NCBI GenBank assembly: GCA_943788175.1
Contig: CALSPG010000005.1
Span: 1 to 64,000, forward strand
Length of the DNA: 64,000 bases
From: an uncultured bacterium
GTDB taxonomy: Bacteria > Fidelibacterota > Marinisomatia > Marinisomatales > UBA1611
Direction: 5' to 3'
Under the pieces are notes generated by a model that had not been told where the DNA came from, ran no database searches, and saw nothing but the letters and a program-made list of their open reading frames with translations. Below, one piece after another: positions 11,059 to 20,604 of this stretch. Made by a program: the position numbers and the translations under genes. Within the stretch, counting starts at the first letter, position 1, and every line of letters starts with the position of its first letter.

Positions 11059-11075
11059 ATTAGAATTACATTAGG
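11059..11075 (-). promoter_or_regulatory. Putative Pho box upstream of phoB (autoregulation)
   Basis: CCTAAT-N5-TCTAAT, then TAAGTT exactly 10 bp downstream. Confidence 0.6.
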
Positions 11076-11133
11076 AGTAATAAATAATAAGTTTTTAATA
11101 TTAATTGTTTTGTAATTGAACGAGATGTAAATA

Positions 11134-11619
11134 ATGATAGAAGTTGAACGAAAATATATTTTATCTAAGATTCCTAATTCTTTACCAAAATTGAAATTAA
11201 ACAAGGATATCTTCAAACTGATAAGGACCGTACAGTTCGCATAAGAGTCTGTTACTGATTTAAAAGGTATAATAAAAAACATTTTAACTATTAAAGGCCC
11301 TAGTAGTAAAAGCGGTATGTCTCGTTTTGAATATGAAACTAGTATCCCGAATAAAAATGCTAAAGATTTATTTAAACTGTGCTACAAACCGTTAATTGAA
11401 AAGACCAGGCATATATACATATTTGATGGTATGAAATGGGAACTTGACGAGTTTCATGAAGCGAATAAGGGGTTGTTAATTGGTGAAATAGAGCTAAAGA
11501 GTGAGTCAGTAAATTTTAAATTACCAAATTTTATTCTAGAAGAAGTAACTGGTCAAAAAAAGTATTACAACAGCATGCTACAAAAATATCCTTTTAGCGA
11601 ATGGGAGAAAGGCTCTTAA
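11134..11619 (+). CDS. CYTH domain (triphosphate tunnel metalloenzyme) protein, one frameshift
   Basis: ATG 11134 MIEVERKY (ExExK), then QGYL, RTVRIR, LTIKG, RFEYE, IEKTR, WELDEF, GEIEL. Confidence 0.85.
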
Positions 11620-11629
11620 ATAATTTTCT

Positions 11630-12769
11630 ATGCATAAAAGAATACTAGTTATACCTGATTCTTTCAAAGATAGTATTAGTTCAAATGAATTTTGTAATAT
11701 AGCAAAAACTGTTATACAAAAAATTGATGATACCACAGTTGTCGATTGTATTCCCATTGGAGATGGGGGCGAAGGTTCTTTAGAGTCATTTAAACTAATC
11801 AAAGATTGCACTTTTAAAACCATGTTGGTAAATAGCCCAATAAATGAATTAGTTAAAGCAAAATACTGTATAAATAAAAAAGAAAAAACTGGAATAATAG
11901 AATTAGCTCAAGCTTCCGGAATCCAATTAGTGCCAAAAGAATTTAGAAACCCAATAAAAACTACTAGCTACGGGACTGGAGAATTAATTACCAAAGCAAT
12001 ATCTGATGGCATGGAAAAAATAATATTATTTATTGGTGGGAGCGCTACAAACGATGTGGGCATTGGAATGCTAGATGCACTTGGGTTTTCTTTTAGAGAT
12101 TCAAAAAATAAAAAATTAAAAGCTTCCGTAAAAAATTTAAGTAAAATAGCTAAAACAGAAAAAAGTCCTCTATATGATAATATTAAAAAAATAAAATTTA
12201 TTGTAGCGTGTGATGTTGATAACCCTCTAATCGGGCCTAACGGAGCTACGCAAATGTTCGGTAAACAAAAAGGGGCTTCCGATGAAGAAATATATGAGCT
12301 TGAAGATAAGGTAATTCATTTCTCAAAAATTGTAACAAAAGAATTAAAAACAGACTATACCAAACATAAAGGAGCCGGCGCTGCGGGTGGAGTTGGGTTT
12401 GCAGCATTAAGTTTTTTAAACGCTGAATTTGAAGGTGGATTTGAATTGATATCTAAATTGTTAAACTTAAAAGACAAAATTAAAAAAGGTAATTATGATT
12501 ATATCATTACAGGAGAGGGCTGTATAGACGAACAAACTCAACATGGTAAGCTCCTAAAACAGCTAGGCTTACTTGGCTTAAAATATTCTACGCCTGTTAT
12601 TGCTTTTACGGGGCAGTTAAAAAAAGACTTATCAGTTCTTAACCTTCCAGGGATAACGGTTGCGAATCAAATTACACCCGAAAATATTAGCATAAGTTCT
12701 GCGATTAAAAACACTTCAAAAAATTTAGACAGAGCTTTAATGATTCAAATGAGCGAGCTATTAACATAA
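11630..12769 (+). CDS. glxK: Glycerate kinase (GlxK/GarK family)
   Basis: PDSFKDS, DGGEG, TTSYGTGELI, GGSATND, GAGAAGG, ITGEG. Confidence 0.93.
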   Translation: MHKRILVIPDSFKDSISSNEFCNIAKTVIQKIDDTTVVDCIPIGDGGEGSLESFKLIKDCTFKTMLVNSPINELVKAKYCINKKEKTGIIELAQASGIQLVPKEFRNPIKTTSYGTGELITKAISDGMEKIILFIGGSATNDVGIGMLDALGFSFRDSKNKKLKASVKNLSKIAKTEKSPLYDNIKKIKFIVACDVDNPLIGPNGATQMFGKQKGASDEEIYELEDKVIHFSKIVTKELKTDYTKHKGAGAAGGVGFAALSFLNAEFEGGFELISKLLNLKDKIKKGNYDYIITGEGCIDEQTQHGKLLKQLGLLGLKYSTPVIAFTGQLKKDLSVLNLPGITVANQITPENISISSAIKNTSKNLDRALMIQMSELLT

Positions 12770-12794
12770 GGTGAAAAAATAGTTACAGATAAAC

Positions 12795-13469
12795 TCACTT
12801 ATTATAACCTATAGACTCAAAAGGATTAACAACAGCGGAAGTTATATTTTTAAGGTGAGCTCCTATACGTTTTAAATATCTAGCATAAAGTGCAACCGAT
12901 GCTGTTTTATTTTCTTTCCCAATCTCAACCTCACCCGATATTGATGAGGCGACTAAGTTATCTGATAATTTTCCAAGATCATCTCTGTATGATGCTATTA
13001 ATTCATCCGCAATTCTTTCATCCATATTTTCTACAGCCTGTATCGTAGTTGAAAATCGGTTTATAACAGATTTTTCAATTATTCTCAGATCCTCTGAAAA
13101 TTTTTCTGAAACAAACTTCTTAGGATAATGCTTGGCTAGGTCTAATATATTTTTAGAATAATCACCAATACGTTCAATATCTACCACAATATTAATGAGG
13201 ACCAATCCGGAATCAATGTTGCTTACATCTTTTGAAACAGAATAGTAAGTAACAACTTTTTTTCGTATTTCACGATGATAACTATTTATTTTTTCATCTC
13301 GAAGTTTAATACTTTTTATAACCTTATTTTTTTCACCAGAGCGTAATGCGTCAACTGCATCATTGAACATTTCATGTGATAGATGAAGCATATCGTTTGA
13401 TTCATTCCATGCTTGAGAAAGACTATCCTCTGATTTCCAAATATTTACAAGATCTTTAAATACTGACAT
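12795..13469 (-). CDS. phoU: PhoU-domain phosphate uptake regulator
   Basis: DIERIGDYSKNI and YLKRIGAHLKNI repeats; follows the Na/Pi symporter. Confidence 0.85.
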   Translation of the reverse strand: MSVFKDLVNIWKSEDSLSQAWNESNDMLHLSHEMFNDAVDALRSGEKNKVIKSIKLRDEKINSYHREIRKKVVTYYSVSKDVSNIDSGLVLINIVVDIERIGDYSKNILDLAKHYPKKFVSEKFSEDLRIIEKSVINRFSTTIQAVENMDERIADELIASYRDDLGKLSDNLVASSISGEVEIGKENKTASVALYARYLKRIGAHLKNITSAVVNPFESIGYNK

Positions 13470-13493
13470 GATTCCTCCAATTAATAAGAACTG

Positions 13494-14600
13494 TTATGTT
13501 CTTCCAAAATAAATAATACATAGGGGTATAAAAACAAAAATAAAAAATAGATATAATAATGGTAAGTATTTTTTTGTTACGGCTTGCTCTGAAATAATTT
13601 CAGCACATTTTAGTGGGATATTTCTTAATACAGGGATACAATAAATAATTACGATACCAACTATATTAAAAAGCAGGTGGCTAAATGCAGCTACTAGAGC
13701 AGAAACTGTTCCTGTTATTGCGGCCAAAAGAGCTGTAACAGTTGTCCCTATATTTGCTCCAAGAGTAAATGGAAAAATTTGGCGGAGCGTCAAAACGCCA
13801 GCTCCTGCAAGTGGCACAACTAGTGATGTTGTAATCGATGAGCTCTGGACCATAACCGTAATGATAATACCAAACGCCATTGCTTTGAGAGCTGTATTAA
13901 AAATATATTGGTCAAAAAACCCCTCTATTTTTTTTAATACTAAACTTTTTAAAAGTTTTACGATACTATAAAGCATGAGGAACGTTATAAAAACGCTTAA
14001 AACAAGATAGACTATATCATTATCAAAAGTAAATTTTTGAATGAACTTAGAACCGGATTTTACTGCTAACTTTATTGGACTCTTAGCTTGAAGGACTTCA
14101 ATGTTTTCGATTTTTCCAAATATCTTTAATGCAAACCATTCTGATGTTTTTTGGAGGGGGTGAAAAATTATTTCGATTGGGAATACTATTGCTACAGCCA
14201 TAATATTAAAAAAGTCATGTACTGTTGATGCTGCAAAGGCTCTCTTAAATTCACTTCTCTTATTTATATGTCCTACAGAGACTATTGTATTTGTTACTGT
14301 TGTCCCAATATTTGCACCCATTATCATTGGTATTGAGCTTGCTATTGTAAGGCTTCCGCTGCTCACCATTCCGACAATTAAAGATGTTGTTGTTGAAGAA
14401 CTCTGAAATAATACGGTAGAAAATATCCCGATAAATAAAGCAATGAATGGATCACTAGTTGTCGTTAGTACTGTCTCTGCAAATTCTGAACCCATCCCTT
14501 TAATTGCAGATGACATCCCTGCTATTCCAACTAGAAAAAGGTAGAGTGAAGAAATAATCCCAGCTGTTTTTACAAAAATTTTAAGAGTATCGTTATTCAT
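13494..14600 (-). CDS. nptA: Na+/phosphate symporter (NptA/SLC34 family)
   Basis: Two QSSS motifs, each followed by GANIGTT. Confidence 0.92.
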   Translation of the reverse strand: MNNDTLKIFVKTAGIISSLYLFLVGIAGMSSAIKGMGSEFAETVLTTTSDPFIALFIGIFSTVLFQSSSTTTSLIVGMVSSGSLTIASSIPMIMGANIGTTVTNTIVSVGHINKRSEFKRAFAASTVHDFFNIMAVAIVFPIEIIFHPLQKTSEWFALKIFGKIENIEVLQAKSPIKLAVKSGSKFIQKFTFDNDIVYLVLSVFITFLMLYSIVKLLKSLVLKKIEGFFDQYIFNTALKAMAFGIIITVMVQSSSITTSLVVPLAGAGVLTLRQIFPFTLGANIGTTVTALLAAITGTVSALVAAFSHLLFNIVGIVIIYCIPVLRNIPLKCAEIISEQAVTKKYLPLLYLFFIFVFIPLCIIYFGRT

Positions 14601-14637
14601 TTAACCTTTTGCCCTAGAATTATATTAAAAGAGAAAG

Positions 14638-14654
14638 GTTAGATTTGTGTTAGG
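14638..14654 (-). promoter_or_regulatory. Putative Pho box upstream of nptA-phoU
   Basis: CCTAAC-N5-TCTAAC, then TAATAT exactly 10 bp downstream. Confidence 0.7.
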
Positions 14655-14665
14655 GTTTTATACAA

Positions 14666-15647
14666 TTATTTAATCCCAGTTTTTAGAATATCATGAATAT
14701 GTACAATGCCATCAGGTTTTTTTAAATCATTTGACGAATAAACAAACAGACTAGTAATATTATACTTTTCCATGGTTTCTAGAGCTGTTATTGCCAGAGT
14801 GTCTGTTGAGATAGTTTTTGGGTTTAAAGACATAAAATCTTCAGCAGTTTTATCAAATATATTGTTCCCCGCCTTTTTCAATTCCTCTTCTAATATCACC
14901 ATCTGTAATTATTCCAATTAAATTATCTTTTTCATCTAATACGCCGGTTATTCCTAACCCTTTTTCGGATATGGTTAAGAGAGCATCTTTTAGGCTAGTA
15001 TTTCTATGAACAAATGGGATTTCATTGTCTTTATGTATTAGTTGATCTACTTTAAGCAATAATTTTTTCCCTAGTGAACCTCCTGGGTGGAGCTCTGCAA
15101 AATCCTGAGCATTGAATCCTCGGCTCTCTAAAAGAGCTACAGCTAATGCATCCCCCATCGCAAGTGTTGCAGTTGTACTTGCTGTTGGAGCCAGGTCTAA
15201 GGTGCACGCTTCTTTTTCTACTGAAGTATCTAAAGCATAGTCTGTATTTTTAAATAAAGTAGAATTTTCCTTACCGACCATGCTGATAGTTGGTACTGCT
15301 TTTCGTTTTAAAGATGGAATTATCTCAAGAAGTTCATGTGTTTCACCACTATTACTAACCATCAATACAACATCTTCTTTTGTAATCATTCCAAGATCAC
15401 CATGGAAGGCATCAGCTGGGTGAACAAAATGTGCAGGGGTTCCTGTAGATGCCATTGTAGAGGCAATTTTTTGGGATATCAATCCCGATTTTCCCATCCC
15501 TAAGATAATCAATCTTCCTTTACAATTAAGAATAGCATTAACTGCATGATCAAATTCATTCCCTATTCTATCAGCTATAGCAGCAACTGCCTGAGCCTCT
15601 ATTTTGATAACATTTTTTCCAACCTCTATATTTTTTGAATTACTCAT
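14666..15647 (-). CDS. kdsD: KdsD/KpsF arabinose-5-phosphate isomerase (SIS + CBS), one frameshift near 14870
   Basis: GMGKSG, HGDLG, APTASTT, HPGGSLG, TDGDIRR. The CBS tail continues in ORF 14666..14902. Confidence 0.92.
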
Positions 15648-15694
15648 AAAATAAATTTAACGTAAAAGTATATCCATATGCGTGTTATTACTTA

Positions 15695-17251
15695 TTAATG
15701 TTTGAAACATCTCTGCCCTGTAAACACCATGGCGATACCATGTTCATTACACGCTGATATTACTTCATTATCTCTTATAGATCCTCCTGGCTGTAGTACG
15801 GCCTTTATTCCACTTCCTGCAATTTTATCAATACTATCTCTAAAAGGGAAGAAGGCATCAGAACATAGAAATGAGTCTTTAATTTCTGTCCCTGATTTTT
15901 TTATTGCTATATCAACTGAATCAACCCTACTAACTTGACCAGCACCAACCCCAACAGTTGTATTTTCTTTTACTATTAGAATACCGTTTGACTTAATATG
16001 TTTTAACACTTTCCATCCAAAAAGCATTGTATTTATTTCTTCTTCTGATGGCTCTAGTTCAGTAACTATCTCGAGTTTATTTTTGGATAAGATACTAGTG
16101 TCTGTTTCTTGGACAATCAATCCCCCAACTATATTTCTTACTTCAAGTAATTGGTCTCGAGGTTCAATATTCCCCACCTCAAGGACTCTAAGGTTTTTTT
16201 TCTTTGATAAAATATCTAATGATTTTTTTGTAAAAGCAGGAGCTAAAATAATTTCTACAAATACTTTCGATATTTCTTTTGCAAGTAAATCATCACAGGG
16301 TTGATTTATTGCAATAACACCACCAAAGGCAGATATACTATCAGCAGAAAATGCTCTTTTATAAACATCTAGCATGTTTGCACCAAGCGCAACACCGCAC
16401 GGGTTTGCGTGTTTAACAATAACGCATGCTGTTGATCTAAATTCTTTTAAACACGATAAAGCAGCATCTGCGTCCATTATATTATTGTAAGATAATTTTT
16501 TACCCTGGTGAATTTTTGCATTTAATATACCATTTGATTTATCTCCTGGGATTTGAAAAGCAGAAGCAGCTTGGTGAGGGTTTTCTCCATAACGCATATC
16601 GGAGTGTTTCTTATAGGTCAATGTAAAGTCATTTGAGAGCGTCGACTCTTTTAAATAATTATGAATTATAGTATCGTATTGAGCTGTATGTCCAAATGCT
16701 TTTGATGATAAAGAAGAACGTGTTTCAAAATTAATTTCGTTTTCCTCATTTATATTTTCCAGTACTCGCTCATAATCAGATGGGTCAATAATTACTGTTA
16801 CCCATCCTACATTTTTAGCAGCACTTCGTATCATTGTGGGGCCTCCGATGTCTACATTCTCTAAAGCTAAAGCTTGATCACAATCTATTTTTGAAACTGT
16901 TTCAGAAAATGGGTAGAGGTTGCAGATAACTAAATCAATCCATTTTATATTGTTTTCAGTAGCATCGCTCTCATGTTTATCTCTTAATCCGAGAATACCA
17001 CCTTCTATCATGGGGTTTATCGTTTTGACTCTACCATCCATTATTTCCGGGAAATTAGTGTAGTCACTTACATCGGTCACGGGAATGTTTTTTTCTCTTA
17101 AAAAACTAGCACTACCTCCGGTTGATAAAATTTCAATGCCTCTAGAGTTAAGCTCTTTACCAAGCATTGCTAAATTTGTCTTATCAAAAACAGAAATTAG
17201 AGCTCGTTTAATTTTTACATTTTCAGTGTTTAACTTTGGATTTTCTAACAT
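15695..17251 (-). CDS. purH: Bifunctional AICAR transformylase/IMP cyclohydrolase
   Basis: RALISVFDK, DGRVKT, DIGGPTM, RYGENPHQ, SDAFFPF. Confidence 0.97.
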   Translation of the reverse strand: MLENPKLNTENVKIKRALISVFDKTNLAMLGKELNSRGIEILSTGGSASFLREKNIPVTDVSDYTNFPEIMDGRVKTINPMIEGGILGLRDKHESDATENNIKWIDLVICNLYPFSETVSKIDCDQALALENVDIGGPTMIRSAAKNVGWVTVIIDPSDYERVLENINEENEINFETRSSLSSKAFGHTAQYDTIIHNYLKESTLSNDFTLTYKKHSDMRYGENPHQAASAFQIPGDKSNGILNAKIHQGKKLSYNNIMDADAALSCLKEFRSTACVIVKHANPCGVALGANMLDVYKRAFSADSISAFGGVIAINQPCDDLLAKEISKVFVEIILAPAFTKKSLDILSKKKNLRVLEVGNIEPRDQLLEVRNIVGGLIVQETDTSILSKNKLEIVTELEPSEEEINTMLFGWKVLKHIKSNGILIVKENTTVGVGAGQVSRVDSVDIAIKKSGTEIKDSFLCSDAFFPFRDSIDKIAGSGIKAVLQPGGSIRDNEVISACNEHGIAMVFTGQRCFKH

Positions 17252-17252
17252 A

Positions 17253-17825
17253 TTATTTATTGGTTATAAGGTTAATAGCTTCTATGAATGCTTTTCCTTC
17301 TAAAGCTTGAACTTTTTGTTTTAGTGTATCAATGTTGTCGTTTTGATCAACTGTGCAAGATTTTTGAACTAAAATAGGGCCACCATCAATTTCTTCAGTA
17401 ACAAAATGGATAGTGCACCCTGTTTCTTTATCGCCGTTTGCTAATACTTGTTCGTGGACATTTGTATCCATTCCTCCAGCATACTTAGGTAGAAGAGAAG
17501 GGTGGACATTTAATATTTTATCTTGCCATTGGTGACAAAACTCATTTGAGAGAATTCTCATAAACCCTATTAAGAGTATTAATTCAACATTATTTTCTTT
17601 TAATTGATCTGTTACCTCTTGATCGAACTCCTTACGCGTTTTACTTTTATGAGATATATACTTAGCACTTATGTTATGGTTTTTTGCTCTTTTAAGAATG
17701 AAAGAATTTTCTCTGTTAGATATAACGATTTTAATCGATGCATTAATTATTTTACTGTCGATTGCATCTATAACTGCTTGTAAATCAGTACCATTGGTGG
17801 ACCCTAGAACACCTATATTTATCAT
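17253..17825 (-). CDS. purN: Phosphoribosylglycinamide formyltransferase
   Basis: LNVHPSLLP, TGCTIHFV, DGGPIL. Confidence 0.96.
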   Translation of the reverse strand: MINIGVLGSTNGTDLQAVIDAIDSKIINASIKIVISNRENSFILKRAKNHNISAKYISHKSKTRKEFDQEVTDQLKENNVELILLIGFMRILSNEFCHQWQDKILNVHPSLLPKYAGGMDTNVHEQVLANGDKETGCTIHFVTEEIDGGPILVQKSCTVDQNDNIDTLKQKVQALEGKAFIEAINLITNK

Positions 17826-19132
17826 TTAATAGATATCATATGGTTTATCTTTTTTTGAATTAGCTCCGTTGTCCCAATATCTTTTCTATGAAAAAGAGGT
17901 CCCTGAACTTTTGAAATATTCTCTTCTGCAATTTGTTCAGCTTCCCATATTGATTCTCCATGTCCAACAATTGCAACAGCTCTACTCCCCATTTGAATAA
18001 GTTTTTCACTTTCTAGTTCTACAGATGCGTGATAAAGGATATCTTTATCTTTTACATTTGAAACATCAATCTGATTTCCTTTTACGGGTTTATCGGGGTA
18101 TCCATCGGGGACAGCATATTTACATACTGTAGCTAAATTCTTAAAAATTATATCCAAGTCATTGAGTTCCCCTGAAATAATTGATTTGCATACTTCTATA
18201 AAGTCAGTCTCTAATATCGATAAAACATTCATTGCCTCAGGGTCGCCAAAGCGAGCATTATATTCTATTAATTGAACTCCTGAATTTGTTGCAATGAACC
18301 CACCATATAAAATTCCTTTATATCCTTCCCCAAATTTTTGCTTTAATGCTTTTGCAGTTTGTTCATTTATTTTTTGAGCTAATTTTATATGACTGTCTTC
18401 TAAAAAAGGAAGTTTGTGGTCGGAGTCTGAATATGTGCCCATGCCACCAGTATTTGGACCAATGTCTCCTTCATAGGCTCTTTTATGATCTTGAACCGCA
18501 GGCATATGACTTAAGTTTTCACCATCGCAAAAGCTCATCAGTGAAAACTCTTCTCCTATTAACTTCCGCTCAATTAGAAAATTCCCACCTTTTTTAATTA
18601 GCTCTTCACAATAAATTAAAGCTTCATCATGGGAATGAAGATGGTCACCAGCTACTTTGACGCCTTTACCTCCAGCTAAACCATCGTATTTAACTACGTA
18701 GTTGTCTCCTAATAAAATTAAAAATTCTTTTACCCCACTCATGCTTTCAAAGGTCTTGAATTTTGGACAACCTGGAATTTTATATTCTACTAAAAGATTA
18801 CGTGTAAATGATTTTGAAGTTTCAATTTGCGCTAAGTCTTTTTTAGGACCGACTACCCCTACATTAATTTCCCATAATGAATCTGCAATCCCAGACGCTA
18901 AAGGGTTTTCAGGTCCTATTATTGCGAAATCAATTTTATGCTTTTTTGCATACTCTTGTACCGTTTTGGGATCATCAATATTATCAATTTTAAGTTCATT
19001 ACAAATACCGGATATACCTGGATTGTTATTACTGGCAAGGCAATATATTTTCTTCTTTTTCTTTGATCTTGAAAAAGATCGAACAATAGCATGCTCTCGA
19101 GCACCTGAACCTATAACTAGAATATTTACCAT
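17822..19132 (-). CDS. purD: Phosphoribosylamine-glycine ligase
   Basis: GSGAREHA, GLAGGKGV, QDHKR...GPNTGGMG, EYNARFGDPE. Confidence 0.96.
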   Translation of the reverse strand: MVNILVIGSGAREHAIVRSFSRSKKKKKIYCLASNNNPGISGICNELKIDNIDDPKTVQEYAKKHKIDFAIIGPENPLASGIADSLWEINVGVVGPKKDLAQIETSKSFTRNLLVEYKIPGCPKFKTFESMSGVKEFLILLGDNYVVKYDGLAGGKGVKVAGDHLHSHDEALIYCEELIKKGGNFLIERKLIGEEFSLMSFCDGENLSHMPAVQDHKRAYEGDIGPNTGGMGTYSDSDHKLPFLEDSHIKLAQKINEQTAKALKQKFGEGYKGILYGGFIATNSGVQLIEYNARFGDPEAMNVLSILETDFIEVCKSIISGELNDLDIIFKNLATVCKYAVPDGYPDKPVKGNQIDVSNVKDKDILYHASVELESEKLIQMGSRAVAIVGHGESIWEAEQIAEENISKVQGPLFHRKDIGTTELIQKKINHMISIK

Positions 19133-19149
19133 AATAAAATGAAGGCTTT

Positions 19150-20604
19150 TTATCTCTTAATATCTTTTCGGTTTTCTTCTAATTTCTTTAAATAGTCTTG
19201 AGTAACAAAAGGGTCACAATAAATTCCTGTAAAAACAGAATCTTCAAATTCTTTTATTTCAGGGTTCCCAATACTTGCAGATAATCTAAGGTCATCAAGG
19301 TCTTGATAAATTAATTCATCAGCCCCGATGAAATTTTTTATTTGTCTTATTGTTCTGTTATGCGCAACTAATTCTTTTGTCGCTGGCATATCAATACCAA
19401 AAACATTTTGGTGTCTAATAGGTGGACTAGCTGATGCAAAATAAACTTTTTTTGCTCCATTATCTCTTACCATTTGAATAATTTTTTTTGACGTATGACC
19501 ACGAACTATTGAATCATCAACTAGTAAAACATTCTTATTTTTAAATTCGATTTCTATAGGGTTTAATTTTTGAGCGACTGATTTTTTTCTCATGTCCTGC
19601 CCAGGCATTATAAATGTTCTTCCTATATACCTGTTTTTCATAAATCCTTCACGATATTTTACACCCAGTTTGTAAGCAACTTGCATTGCCGATGTTCGGC
19701 TAGTATCTGGTACGGGTATAACAACATCAACATCAACATCTTTATATTCATTTAATATTTTATCTCCTAAGAAGTCGCCCATTCTCAATCTAGATTTATG
19801 GACTGAGATTTCATCTATTGTTGAATCAGGTCTAGAAAAATAAACATATTCAAAAAGGCAAGGTTTATTAGAGGATCCTTTTATTGGTCTTTTTTTATCT
19901 ATAGTGCCTTTCTCATCAATAATAATAACTTGTCCAGGTTTAATATCGCCTTCAAACGCATAACCCATTGCAGATATGGCACTGCTCTCCGAAGCAATTA
20001 AAAATGAATCTTTGTTTTTCCCAAAAGACAATGGTCGTATTCCTTTTGGGTCTCTAAATGCAATTAGCCCTATTCCAGCTACAATCATTACGACTGCATA
20101 TCCCCCTGAACACTTTTGAAAAACATTTTTTAACGCTTTATAAACATGCACTTTTGTTAGGGTTCTATAATTGGTTTTATAGAGCTCATAGCAAAATTGT
20201 TTTAAAAGTACTTCAGAATCTGAATTTGTATTAAACTGACAAAAATTTATACTGATAAGTTCTTCTTTTAATTTTTGACTATTGGTTAATGTCCCATTAT
20301 GAGCTAGGGTAATATTAACTGGGTTTTCAGTAAAAAAAGGTTGTGCTTCGTTTACATTATCTCCACCCGCAGTAGGATAGCGGACATGCCCGATTCCAAT
20401 ATTACCAGAAAGATTTTCAAAGGTATCTTGATATTTAAAAACTTCTGTAACTAGACCAATTTCTTTATGGGATGATATCTTATCAGCATCTAAAGTTGAG
20501 ATTCCGGCAGCGTCCTGTCCTCTATGCTGAACCTGTATAAGAGCATCATAGACATCGCCACATGCATGTTCTTTTTTATGATATATTCCAATTATTCCAC
20601 ACAT
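19150..20604 (-). CDS. purF: Amidophosphoribosyltransferase
   Basis: MCGIIG, QHRGQDAAG, GHVRY, VDDSIVRG. Confidence 0.97.
   Translation of the reverse strand: MCGIIGIYHKKEHACGDVYDALIQVQHRGQDAAGISTLDADKISSHKEIGLVTEVFKYQDTFENLSGNIGIGHVRYPTAGGDNVNEAQPFFTENPVNITLAHNGTLTNSQKLKEELISINFCQFNTNSDSEVLLKQFCYELYKTNYRTLTKVHVYKALKNVFQKCSGGYAVVMIVAGIGLIAFRDPKGIRPLSFGKNKDSFLIASESSAISAMGYAFEGDIKPGQVIIIDEKGTIDKKRPIKGSSNKPCLFEYVYFSRPDSTIDEISVHKSRLRMGDFLGDKILNEYKDVDVDVVIPVPDTSRTSAMQVAYKLGVKYREGFMKNRYIGRTFIMPGQDMRKKSVAQKLNPIEIEFKNKNVLLVDDSIVRGHTSKKIIQMVRDNGAKKVYFASASPPIRHQNVFGIDMPATKELVAHNRTIRQIKNFIGADELIYQDLDDLRLSASIGNPEIKEFEDSVFTGIYCDPFVTQDYLKKLEENRKDIKR

Noticed and set aside
11049-11282. 77-aa minus-strand ORF upstream of phoB
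   Set aside because: Shadow of the frameshifted 5' half of the plus-strand CYTH gene.
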